Made by a program: the position numbers and the translations under genes
In this document: piece by piece, positions 1 to 11,862 of the stretch
How the letters are laid out: each line of letters begins with the position of its first letter
Numbering within the stretch: the stretch's first letter is position 1
Source of the DNA: Azolla caroliniana
Taxonomy: Eukaryota; Plantae; Polypodiophyta
Direction of reading: 5' to 3'
DNA: 64,000 nt
NCBI GenBank assembly: GCA_043228905.1
Contig: JBHGNT010000008.1
Location: forward strand, 558,001-622,000
Notes under the pieces: generated by a model
The model's input: only the letters and a program-made list of their open reading frames with translations
Databases searched by the model: none
What the model was told of the DNA's origin: nothing

Positions 1-71
1 CCCTCGCTTCGGAGACATTTCCATTCTGGATCGACCTATGTTAGAAATCTTTCGAAGACAAAAGCTACAAT

Positions 72-636
72 CATAGTTCCTAATATTCGCGTACGTCCAA
101 TTTACTGGACGTACGCGAACGTTTGCAAACGTACATGTATGATACATGATATTCGTTTGGCTTTTTTTTTGGGGGGAGGGGGGGGGGGGGGGGGGGGTTA
201 ATTTTTTATATTCATAATTCTTTGTGAATAGAAGTGATGTCTGACACACATACACACACTCTCTCTCTCTCACACGAGAACTGATAGATTTTCTCTCTCT
301 ACAAAATCTAGATATCTAATATACATATTACACACTCCCTCACACAGACAAAACCCATAGCTCCTCTCTCTCTCTCTCTCTCTAGAGTCTAGATATACAC
401 TCAATCACTGTCTCCTCACACATGCAAAACAGGGCTTCTCTCTCTAGACCACACACGCTCTCTCTCTCTCTCTCTCTCCCCCTCACACACACACACACAA
501 TGTACACCATATACACCATATGTATATATATCTATGTACCGCGTATGGATTTCAATCATACTTGGAACACGTATGAGTATGATACGAATATTGGCGTTTG
601 AGTATGACACAAATGGGACGTATGGCTAGAACTATG
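72..636. mobile_element. Non-autonomous hAT-type MITE in PNG1 intron 6
   Basis: Terminal inverted repeat CATAGTTC (72-79) / GAACTATG (629-636), flanked by a perfect 8-bp TSD GCTACAAT (64-71, 637-644). Internal 14-bp hairpin at 86-119, plus poly-G and (CT)n/(CA)n tracts. Confidence 0.8.
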
Positions 637-734
637 GCTACAATATACCTAACTTGAGAATCTCACATGTGCCAAAAACCAGATTCCCTCGTTCCTTTTC
701 TTTTCATCTCATTTACTTTTATATTTACTGTGTA

Positions 735-900
735 ATATTATTTTATTTTGATTTGTTCTCAAAGATGAGACAACACTTAAGATGTAATCTCTTACTTGGT
801 CTTATAGGCCATTTTGGCCTCTTAAAAGACGTTAATATATCTTTCTTTCTTTCTTCTTTCTCTCTCTCGTTTCTTTCTTCATTCTTTCTCTCTCTCTCTC
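735..900 (+). mobile_element. 3' tail fragment of a LINE/SINE ending in (TTTC)n
   Basis: Inverted homolog at 6262-6390 (shared core GGCCATTT(T)GGCCTCTTAAAAGAC then a TTTC tail). Resembles the 3' end of the LINE at 5985-6040. Confidence 0.55.
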
Positions 901-904
901 TCTT

Positions 905-3900
905 ACTGCAAATGTATCAAATGTATCAAATAACCATAGCTTAGTCCGTGGCTCTTGGAACTGCAAATGTGCACATTGTCTCTCGAGAGCACCAAGGGCT
1001 GCATATGCACGAGAAAGTCGGGCACAAGCAGCCTCCTATAAGGAGAACCTAGGTCTTGTAAATGTTACTCCTCGGTATGTGTAGGAGCATGTGTATTCCA
1101 CCTTTTCCTCTCCCAAGAAGAATTCTGGTTTTGATCTTGTTACCCATGCTTGGGTGGTGTTAAACACCATCACTTTAGTTTTATTTATGTTGATTGACAA
1201 ACCTTTTCCATACAAAATAGTTTTAAGGGATTTAGATGTCTTTGTAGTCCCTCCGGAGAGTCACAAATCAGCACAATATCATCAGCATATAGTAATATTT
1301 GTATAGCTATACCTGCTAGGTGTGCTCCGGAACCCCCAAATCTCTTTATGTACTGTGATACCTCATCTATATAGAGACCGAAGAGTGTGGGGGATAGTGG
1401 GCATCCTTGCTTCACGCCAATTGTGCTAGCCACCACCTCTGACAAGCCCTTAGAAGACTGCACTTTTCCTGACACAGATTCATAGAGTACATAGATTCCC
1501 CATTGCATATCTATAGGAACACCAAGGGCTTCTAGCCGCTGCATAAGCTGAGCACGTGGCACAGTGTCAAAAGCTTTTCGGAAATCCACAAAGCAGTAAT
1601 AAATCCTCTTATTGTGGGCTCTGCCCTCCTCAATAAGGGCCCGGAGGGTGAATATGTGATCCAAAGTTGTGAACCCCTTCCGAAAGCCTGCTTGTCCAAT
1701 TGAACGGCAGCCATTTTGCTCTGCCCATATACTCAATTCTGATTCTAGAATTGAGCCATATAGTTTAGCCAAGTAATGGCCAATCATGATTGTCCTATAG
1801 TTGCTTGGCATCATGGGGTCTCCACTCTTGAGGATTGGCACAATGGTATGTTGAGTCCATCTAGTAGGAAAACCTTCACACATGGCTCTATTAAAGATGT
1901 GTGCTAGCAATGGGAGCAAGGTGTCACGGGCATAGATAAAGTGCTCACCCACCAATCCATCAGGATCTTGGGCCTTCCCAAATTGTAACCTATCAATGGC
2001 ATTTCTTACATTTTGTGGTGTAAAGAGGGTTCATTCATGTGGGCATGAGGCATTCGGGTGGGGAAGAGGAGGTTGCCCCGGGATATCATATAGAACCTTT
2101 GCATATTCCTGCCACACCTAAGGTGAGGTCAGTTGTGTGGTGGGTTGCCTCTCATTAAACATTTTCCATGCTCGTTTACTTTGTTTTCTTAGAAACAAGC
2201 GATACAAATGATCTTCAAATTTAGCCAAATACAATCTCTTCTTCTTCCTCACGAGGCGTTGGAAGGTTGCTCTCGCTTGGTTGTGTGTATAAATGCCCCG
2301 AGTTACATCATGCTGCAAGCATCTCCTTGTATCACGACATTCCTCATCATACCAACTATTTTGTATTACTCTACCGAGTTTGGGGGCATTGGCTGTTGTG
2401 TGAGGGAAGGCATTTGTGGCTGCTTTATGCAATGATTTGGATAAACCTTGGGTAAGTTCTTCAAGGGGTGCGAAAGGATCCAAATCTAGCATGCCATTGC
2501 ATCCAATCTTCGTGAGCGAATAGATACTTAGCCAGCCCACTCTCCTTAGCATATACATCCTTTGTGCATCCATCCTTTACCTCAAAGCGTAGATATGCAT
2601 GATCAGCTGCCAAGCCAATTGGTCCTCCCGATATAGTGAACACTTTTATTTCAAGTATAAGAGATGGAGATCCCATTAGATAATCGACTGTGCTACACCC
2701 CCTTTTGGGTTCCAACATGTCAAAGCATCTGATCCAAGCCATTGTGACAAGCCATTATATATCACAAATCCATGCACGCTTCCCATGGCTAGAAAGTGTT
2801 TTCCATATTCAGTTATAACACTCATATCTTGAGCTTGTCGCTTTAGACCAACCTCTTCCGCCATAACTTCTCCATAAACAGCCTCGTTGGTGTTAAACAT
2901 AGTTGTTTGTTCATCCTTGGTTCGTGCATTAAAATCTCCTAATAGTATTATGTCCCCCATAGTAGCAAATCTTATGATATCATCATATAGTGGTAGATGT
3001 GGTGAATAACCTAGAGGTGCAAACCTTGAGTAGGCAGGTGGAAAGTAGCAAATTGCAATATATAACTCCCTAAGATCCCCTCTTTTTATTCGTATCCACA
3101 TGTAGCGTGCATCTACATCCTTATGGACAACATGCACTCTACCATGGAGCTCCTCTTTGTATAGCACAGCCACTCCTCCCGAACCTCTAGTGCTTCCTCG
3201 TGTCCAAGGTTGGGGGCGACATATTGACTCCCATCTATTTTATCCTTGTACCTCGGGGAGTTTGCTAACCATGCATTGGTGAGTCTCTGTATACATAGCA
3301 ATATCTGTGTTTTTCAATGTATCTTCAAAATATCTAGCATTTGTCCGTAGAGAGCCGTTGCAATTCCATATGGTCATGCGTAGGGTCTCATAGGCCATAT
3401 ATCGTCATGTAGTTCTCTTCTCTATAATAATGACATTGGCGTCTCTATATACGGCCCATTTACCTTCCTTTCTTGCATCAAACACTCGTGGCATGTTTTC
3501 GTTGCAGTGTGCCACTTGGGCTGGAGTCAGATCGTCGTCTAAGTATATTTTTTCACCCTTGAGTGCCTTTCTTTTAGAGAGGAAAGCTTTTTTCTTTTCC
3601 ATGAAGCGGATGATAAGGGCTTTAGCTCTAGACTCATCTCTTCCCACCCTCCGCCGAAGCAAATGGAATATCTGATGCTCCAATCTTTGTTTTGAGATTC
3701 TTGGCATCTTCTTGTGGACTTCCCTTTTCGGCCCAACCAACCACTCGTAAATGGAACGCACGAGCTTTCCTCTTGGCTTCTTCTTCTAAAGTAGCATTCA
3801 TCATTGCCACCCTATCCATGGATGTTCCTTTTTGCTTTTTTACTACCTCTATCCAAGGAGCATTTGCTTTAATTTCGTTTTGGGCATGCTCAGCTTGAGC

Positions 3901-4795
3901 TTTGGCATCTTTGGCCATGTCTGCCCATGTTTGCATTTCCTTCGTGACATTGGCTTCCACTGTAGAGATGCATCTTTCCACTACTTCTTGCCCTTTTTCT
4001 AAATCCACTTTTATAGCTCCTAACTCAACCTTACTTGAGGACATTTCATCTTTAAGGTATTGTGCCATGTCATCCTTGAGCTCTAAGTGTGATTTCTACA
4101 CATGGCTTATTATGTCTTTCCACATTTCTTCTAATAACTCAGCCTTGAGAGAGGCATACAATTCTGTTTTCTGTTTCTCTATCTCCTTTTTCATTTCTTT
4201 TTTAGTGCTATTTCCATATCTTCTCTAATAAGATTGATCTCTTGCGCAATCAAACGGCGTAATAAATCATGTTTCCCATTTTCGACATCAAATGGAATGT
4301 CGGATGGGGCTTGCGTTCTAGGTGCCTTGTGCGCCCTTCTAACACTATTCAAGGTGCTTCCATCCCGCCCTTTTCATCTATGATATCTTCTTGGGGTCTT
4401 CCATGGATCTGGACCATCGTCATGCATGTTAAGATCCATCTTTTCATTTTCGGTCCATTCAGATTCCATGGTGTCTTAGGACCGCAACTATAGGAGATGT
4501 TGAGGGCAGAAAGAACAATATAGATTCTAGAGATTTCTACTAGTCAGAAAGCATAGAGGAACAGATTTGGCAGAAGATACAAGGAATCAAATTTGGCAGA
4601 AAATGCACAGGGTCAGGCATTGCAGAAAACAAAGAGGACAGACATTGCACAGAACGCAGACCAACATTCACATTGCAGAAAACACAGGACAAACATTGCA
4701 GAGAACGCAAAGACAGACTGAGCTTAAACCCTAAACGCAAAGAGAGAGAGAGAGAGCGAGAAACAAAAACAGTTCCAAGAGCCTAAACCCTAAAC
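905..4795 (-). mobile_element. Non-LTR retrotransposon (LINE) with ORF1, APE endonuclease and RT; 3'-truncated and degenerate
   Basis: Coiled-coil ORF1 pieces (3405-4068, IYLDDDLTP). Endonuclease motifs MTIWNCNG, LLGDFNART, VDY, ADH (2461-3390). RT motifs PSNYRTI, QAGFRKG, FVDFRKAFDTV, GVKQGCPLSPTLF, LLYADDIVL (1185-1955). Several stops and frameshifts. Confidence 0.93.
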
Positions 4796-4829
4796 GCAGA
4801 GAGAAAGAATGTAGAGAAAACAAAAACGA

Positions 4830-6040
4830 TGGTAGTACAAACCATCCAACCTCATCATTACCCTATGCTCACATATAGAGGTGAACATATACAATTTGTT
4901 TAAAGCTTTAAATATCTTGGTATTGATGTACCTGCCACAAATAAATGGAGTGCATGCTTTGATTCTAGGCTCCAAGCCGGTTGGAAATCGTATTACCTTT
5001 TAGAGAACCAATGCAACCAAAGTGATAATTGTAGATGGGACGTAAAACTAATGTTATTCAATGCCATGGTAACTCAAGTATTGCTTTATGGAGTAGAGAA
5101 GTATGGGGTGGCGCCATCTCTCTTAATGCATGGAATGAGATTGAGAAAATTCAAAAGATGTTTTTAAGGAGGAAATTAAGAGTTAAATGCACTACTTCTT
5201 ACCAGGCTATGCTCTTGGAAACATGTGTTCAACCCATAGAAATATTGGCACTCCAAAGAGTATATAAATACATTACAAAAGTCAAGAATATGCGAATCAT
5301 CGATTACCACATCTTGCTTAGAATGTTGGATGTAAGCTAAAAAATAATCATAAAAGTAAGATTCTCTCATCCGGTTGGGTTGTTGACATAAGGAAATGGT
5401 TTAGAAGATGGGGTGTGGATGATCTTTTAGAGCTTTCGGGCAATGCTATGCATTATGTAATAATTGAGGAAAGGTTGGTGGAATCATTAAGGATGAAGTG
5501 GGAAGATGCTAAGAGGACAAAGCTAGAATACTACATTGCAAATGTCAACCCTGAATGTTGGTCTCAATATAAAGCAAGAATGCCTATTGATCGTATCCAA
5601 CCTTATCTCATTACCAATATGAGTAGTAATGCTCGTAGAGCCCTTACACTACTTCGTACTCGATCTCACAAGTTAGGTATTGAAGTTGCATCATGGTATC
5701 AAAATGTAAAAAATTTGAAGACATGTAAAGTATGTAATGAAGGCATGGTAGAGGATGAATGTCACTTGCTCTTCACATGCTCGACATATAGTGCAATTCG
5801 TTCAAGATCATTCAAGATATGCTGACATACTAAGAGGGAGTGATAACTTAAGTGCCATACTTAAGACACCACCTGGAAGGTTGAGCTCATATATGTATGC
5901 TTTATTCATGCATAGAGACTTTGTGCTTCAATGCATGAATACCCCTTCTTAGGAAGGAGACATATATCAAGAACACATGTATACTCTGGTCCCATAGGTC
6001 AAAACTAGCCTCTTTATGGACGATAAAAATTCTAATTCTA
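4830..6040 (+). mobile_element. 5'-truncated LINE (post-RT region, C-terminal CCHC knuckle, 3' UTR)
   Basis: FKYLG, LLYG.EVWG, EIEKIQKMFLR, RTRSHKLGIE and CKVC...EDECHLLFTC. Ends in a short AATTCT-repeat tail. It overlaps the coding region retained in the adjacent LINE, so it is a separate element lying head-to-head. Confidence 0.88.
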
Positions 6041-6170
6041 TATGCCTATCTAATTGATTCTCAATATTTCTAACAATTCTATTCTCACATTGTAATTTTC
6101 ACCCATAAATTTTTAAAATTCCATGAATGATGAGAACCACGTGTAAAGATGCAGGAAATAAACAAAATAC

Positions 6171-6253
6171 CTGAAGAAAGTTTTGAACCACATGAGAAGC
6201 TCAAAAAGAATTTGGTGTTCAACTTCATTCTGCTTCGGATCTCTCTTTCCCTC
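6171..6253 (-). CDS. PNG1: PNG1 exon 6 (83 nt)
   Basis: CAG|GAG ... AG|GTATTT; encodes EGKRDPKQNEVEHQILFELLMWFKTFF. Confidence 0.88.
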
Positions 6254-9200
6254 CTGAGATCATAAAGAAAGAAAGAAAAATATTTTAATGTCTTTTAAGA
6301 GGCCAAATGGCCTAAGATACCAGATAACAGATTAAATCTTAAAATGTTGTCTCACCTTGATAAATAACGAACCAAAATAAATATAACTAAATAGCGAGTA
6401 CTAAAGAATACAATTATCTAAGCACTTAAGATTCTGAACATAGATAGACTGAAATAATCCTGACTTTGAAAGGTCTCTAGCCTAGGCCAATCCAAGATGG
6501 ATAGATATTTGAAGCAAGGAAAGCACCTTTAATGCCAAGTGATAATAGCATTTACTAGTCAATAACCAAGGTGACCAGACTATGGTCCAATTCACCATTT
6601 CCTAAATGCATAACACATTGCTATTGCCCGATCTATTGTAAACCATTTTGAATGTTTTGGTCCAGATCCCACTTTTGTAGCCCTTGATTTACTTGTAGCA
6701 TGATGAGCAAAAATTGCGAAGGTTCTTTCTTGATGAGCTGTTGTAGTTGTATTGTTATCATTCAACGCCTGTTTATATCTCAATTTCCATCAAGAACAGC
6801 ACTAGGAATTGGCAAAAAGTTCGGTTTTGGTTTAACCGGTTTGACCTTGTCCAAACCAAACCAGTTAAGCCTAAACCAGTTTGAGAGTTTCCAAACCTGA
6901 ACCAAACCGTTTCCTAAACCGATTATGGCTAACTGGTTTGGCCAAATCAGTTTAGCCAAGCCGATTAACCCTTAACCGGCTTGGACACCGGTTTGGCCCA
7001 AATCGATTAGGTTCGGCTTGAGCCATCCCAAACCGAGCTCAAACCGGTTAAGGAAGCTCAAGCCTAAACCGAACTGCCGAACCATTTAAAATGGTTCGGT
7101 TTAGGCTTGAGTCGAGCTGTTGCCTATTCCTAAACAGCACCAAGCACTATTGGTCTTCACATGCCATTAGCTTGAATAGTGGGTCAATGCCATGTTTGAA
7201 ATAATGACGATATCTCCATCTTATTTCAAAAAACACAACATAATGGAAACCAATATGTTCTTCTGACGCTATCTCCGATAGGCCAATTTGCATGCATATC
7301 TGCCAATCTCAATCTCACTGATCTGAAGAGGTATTGAGCTGGCCTATCATATTGCGAAGTGCATGACATAGATGTGTACCCTGTGAAATGTGTAACAAAA
7401 TGTCTCATAACGGGTCATCTTCCTACCAAGGGATGTTGTGAGGCTTATCCGTGGTCCTTCGTTATCCAATTTAACGATATATGTTCTGATTCCTCTATTT
7501 GTCCCACTTTGGACACATTTTGGTGTGGACAATCCAAGATATGTTGAAATAAAGTTTGTGCATTTATACTTATGCCATGGGACTAGAACCATTCTTGCAT
7601 TTTAGCATGCCAGCAAAGGTTATCTCCATGTTCAGCAATTTATTTTTATGACCTAAGTGCCAGTCTGGAGTACCTTTGCTTAAAGTGCTCCCAAATCATG
7701 CCCGGTTTATATATCCTTGTTTTACTCTAATTGTGCGAGCCACAACCTATGACAACCCAATAGGATTACATGCGATTCATACAGTGCATAGATTCCTCAT
7801 TGCATATCTAATGGGACATCAAGGCTTCTAGTTGTTGCATGAGCCAACCATGCACGTCAAATATTAGGTCGCATATATCAGGCATGATATGGCATTTTGT
7901 ATATAACACTTCAGCTATATACTCCACCTCATCTTTTGCTGTTGGACGAGGTTTATCCAAACAAGAAAAGTTGTGAAGCTAATCTTTACAGATATAGTAT
8001 TGAGCGTACCAAACGTTTTTGAAACTTTCTTCGTGTGACTTCTTTGAATGAACCACAAGTTTGAATTCATTGTTCTGTATGTTCTTCACATGGCATCTCC
8101 AAGATCAATCATTTTTCAATATGTTCTGAAGTTCAACGATGTGAGAATTACTCTTATCAGCAATCGGTCCATCATCAACATGAAGAGTCAAATAAATGAC
8201 ATAACCATCATTTAGTCTTATAGTACAACAAATCATGCTCCCAATGGTTGTATCCACAAGATACCAAAAACGAGTCGAAACACATGTAGCAACGCTTAGG
8301 TGATTATTTGACATTGTATAATGACTTCTTCAGTCTATATACTAGGCCCTTCCATGGTTCTTTGAATCCTTTTAGTTGCTATACGTAGATCTGCTGGTCT
8401 AGTTCTCCTTAAGAAAGCTGTTTTCACATCTATTTGCCCCAACCCCAAATTGTACATAGCTACAATCATTCAAATTACTTGTATGATGGAGGTGTGTTTG
8501 ACTGCTTACGAAAACATTTTTTTTGTGGTACACTTATTGAAACTGAGAAAGCTCCTATCACTTCCAGCAAAATGCTCCGGTTCCACTTAGTCCCAGGTAA
8601 TTTGTTGAGGTTTTGCACTTCTCCCTAATCCTTAGTTGAAGTACAACTGGAAGAGACCAGTTATCCTATCCGGACATGTGACTCACACAAACACTAGTTG
8701 AGCTTTGAACTTCTCTTTGTTGTGCTTGCTTCGTTTTTCAGGTAAACCCATTTACAATCCATTGCCTTCTTTCCCTCCCTCAATGATTCCATCTCTTCTC
8801 CCATCGCCACTGATAATTGTCCAAAGCAGTCTGAACGACCTCAAAACTAAAGAGACCATATTCCCATAAATCTTAGGTGTTCTAATAATAAGCCTTTCTC
8901 AACCTAGCATTCACTTATGGCCCTTCTTGTGCTCTGAGTCTGACTTGTTATTGGAGTATGCATCTCTATGAACTACATCTGAATGGCTGGTTTCTTTGTT
9001 CAATCTTTTGTGAGAATCTACTCATTAAATTCTTTCTTCCAAATCAAAGAAGTCTCTACTCATGGCCTTCTTTGATTTTCACTCCCAAAATATACACTTT
9101 AAAACCTTTGGAGTAGCCAAGAAACACATGTTTTTTACTTTGATTCTAGCTTCATCCATTCATCACCTGGTATATGTTTATAGGCTGACACCCAAAAATA

Positions 9201-11862
9201 CACAGATTGGAGAAGCTGACTGGGCTTCCAGTCGGAACCTCCTCAAGAACTCTGAAATAGATGCTTATCTAACATGCGGTAGCATACAATGGGTCACAAC
9301 ATTTTCGAAAAACATTTATCTTAATTGAAGCCACACCAGGAGCATTAATTAACACATATCTAAGCACACTCACTAGACACTCAAATATAGCCTGTAATAG
9401 ACTTCATGAAGGTCCTAACCTAAAGTGACTTAGTTAAGCACACATTTCCGATTGGATGCATACTCCTCCAGAAATCAAACCCTAATGCTAACTGGACTGA
9501 GCATGCATCAATCCTGGGGTCTGTCACCTGTTGTTGCAAACTTAGGAACCATTGGCCTTCAGTCATTTTATACTGTCCATACAATGTTGTCTAGCCCAAT
9601 TTTAAGAGTTCCGAAAGAGCATATATATAAATTGAAATCAAATAATGATTAAAAAATGTCATAAAAGAAGAACGAAAATAACATCTCCTGATCATAATTC
9701 ACCTTGTTGAGATTCAACTTATAGACTGCTATAACCTATCACTAAATTCCATGGTTGTGAATTTTATATAACAACTATTTGGAGTCTAGATCCATGCCAT
9801 ATATATTTCTTCAAATATAAAGCATGAAATAGAGAATGTGATGCTAATTATTGTAGCCTCTCTAAATATATGTGATATTTTCATCTCACCTTAGCAAGAA
9901 CAACAACTGCTTTTTCTTCAAGTTCCTCCAATTGCACTGTAGCACGAGCTTTCTGTTGGCGCAGTGGATCCTCATACTATAGTTCAAAAATAAATGCTCA
10001 TCAGTGCAAAGTAAAAAGTGTTAAGAATAACACAAACCAGACGATCTTATTTCATCACTAGTACATATTTCTCAGACACAAACCTTTAATACTTGACTAA
10101 TGAATCCTTCTAATCTTGCAGAAAAATTTTGTCGGCCATCCAGACCTGATTTCTGCGCCAGAAAAATGGCTTCCTCCTCAGCCTGTTTATTCCACATTTT
10201 TTAAAATGGTTAAACTACTCCAATCAAAATCAAAACTGATATTTTAAAATATGAACAGATGTTTTCAATAAAGATACCATAAGGTCACTGCTCTATAAAC
10301 TATATGACATTGCACGCAATTTTATAAAGGATATCACATGGGTTCACGCATGATATGAACTACATTTCTTGTTTTCAAAAATAAACTAGTTTAGATCTAT
10401 TGTCTAAAGTGTGGTTGATGACTATCAGTTTACTAAGACGTGTTGATGAGTAGCCAACATAAATTTGATTATAGTATGGTTAAATAGTAGCATTTAAAAA
10501 GTGATCCTAAGATATACATAACAGAACAAAAATGTGCAAGCCATTGATTCCAAACTTATTACATCTGCCAAATACTCATAACAGCATTCTGTCATTTACA
10601 GCACTAAAAGTATCATTCAGTTCATATTGCAGCAAAAGTAGATTAGAGAATTCTTTCACCAACCTTGTGGCAAATGAGCATGTCAAATTACCTTATCAAT
10701 ATATACTTTGCTCTAAGGTTACATGAACAATGTCATCTGAATCACTACTTGATCGAATATTTCCAGGAATTTAAACCAACAAATTCAGATTCCAAATCAA
10801 CACCACCAATTTATAATCTAGTTATCTCAAATAGTACACAGCATGGTCCATATGAAAGTCAATTGAAATGCCGTTCAATGGGATGTTTTCCGAACATTTT
10901 TTCCTCATACATGCAAAAAGCTACACAATGGTGGCATTTTTATTGCAAAACGAGTTACATTCCCAAAACTCAATGATATGTTGAAAATTTTAGAATCTTG
11001 CCTGCAACAATTTCGCTAATGCCTCATCGGCTTTTTCAATCTCCGCAAGGGTGCAAAGAGAAGCATTTTCCTCCCCACTTTTCTCCACACTTTCAATCAA
11101 CATTATTGTATATGTGCGATTTTCCGATGAGAGTTTGGTAAAAAAATCCATCTCACTCTCAACTGGAGAATTTGAACTGTCAAGAAACTGGTAGTAACGA
11201 AATTAGCATTAGCAGTGTAAAAATTCATTATGTTACATGTCAAACAAGAATCAATGAAACTGAAATGTGATGTAGTTTTTTACGCAAGTTGTAATGCATT
11301 TAAATTTCATCTCAACAACAATCAATCTGGTAACAACTTTCCATATTTACAAAGTTGTGATAAATTTCCATTTCATGTTTACGATATCAACAAAACTCAA
11401 ATGCAGGAAAATTTAGAGGTGTAATCCATTTCCATTCATGTAAACAAAGAATTATTCAAACTGAAATGTGACAGATTTTAACATTTCAGAGAAGTTATAT
11501 TCCCTTTCAATATCAAATGCAAGAAAATTTAGAGGCGTAATCCATTTCCATTTCATGACAGCTGTAAATTTTGTGATCTATTTCAATATCAAGTTGTGAT
11601 GAGAATTTCTTTCTCAGACTTACTGTTTGATTCTCTGGAGAAACCATGGTAAGCGAGAAAACTTGAAATTTGAAAACCTGGAAAGGAAAAACATGAAATA
11701 CCATTGAGATAAGAATGGATACACATCGCAGAGAGAGTGAGAGGCAGAGAGAGAGGGAAAGAAAAAGAAGAGAGGAAAGGTTACCTCAAATCCATCGTCT
11801 GTGTCGAATTCCACTAGATGGGAGACGCCATCGTGCTTCACTGTGATGTGGTGAAGCACCAT
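6171..11862 (-). CDS. PNG1: Peptide:N-glycanase (PNGase), 5' part, six coding exons; the rest lies left of the window
   Basis: Spliced translation MVLHHITVKHDGVSHLVEFDTDDGFE/VFKFQVFSLTMVSPENQT/FLDS...ADEALAKLLQ/AEEEAIFL...ISQVLK/YEDPLRQQKARATVQLEELEEKAVVVLAK/EGKRDP...LFELLMWFKTFF(R). This matches the plant PNG1 N-terminus as I recall it (SDEELARMLQAEE...YEDPVRQ..ARKTVP..ELEEKA...LLFWFK..FRW). All exons stay in frame. Confidence 0.93.
6262..6390 (-). mobile_element. LINE/SINE 3' tail fragment abutting the exon 6 acceptor
   Basis: Reverse-complement homology to about 735-857. Confidence 0.55.
6803..7132. mobile_element. hAT-type MITE in PNG1 intron 5
   Basis: TIR TAGGAATTGGCAA / TTGCCTATTCCTA, perfect 8-bp TSD AACAGCAC (6795-6802, 7133-7140), dense AAACCG/CGGTTT subterminal motifs. 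Confidence 0.88.
7200..9560 (-). mobile_element. Highly degenerate Ty1/copia relic in PNG1 intron 5 (boundaries approximate)
   Basis: Minus-strand remnants DVKTAFL (about 8410-8430), VYRLKKSLY (about 8315-8345) and LHVDDG (8105-8314). Confidence 0.6.
9890..9976 (-). CDS. PNG1: PNG1 exon 5 (29 codons)
   Basis: TAG|TAT ... AAG|GTGAGA. Confidence 0.9.
10084..10182 (-). CDS. PNG1: PNG1 exon 4 (33 codons)
   Basis: CAG|GCT ... AAG|GTTTGT. Confidence 0.9.
11002..11187 (-). CDS. PNG1: PNG1 exon 3 (62 codons, GC donor)
   Basis: CAG|TTT ... CAG|GCAAGA; joins in frame to exon 4 as LLQ-AEE. Confidence 0.85.
11624..11677 (-). CDS. PNG1: PNG1 exon 2 (18 codons)
   Basis: CAG|GTT ... ACA|GTAAGT. Confidence 0.9.
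11785..11862 (-). CDS. PNG1: PNG1 coding exon 1 (26 codons)
   Basis: ATG at 11862, donor GAG|GTAA. Confidence 0.9.

Noticed and set aside
171-197. Poly-G tract as a functional G-quadruplex
   Set aside because: It is a simple homopolymer inside a MITE, its length is unreliable, and there is no supporting context.
905-6040. A single LINE with a 5' inversion (twin priming)
   Set aside because: Both pieces contain the same post-RT region with clearly different sequence, so they are independent elements.
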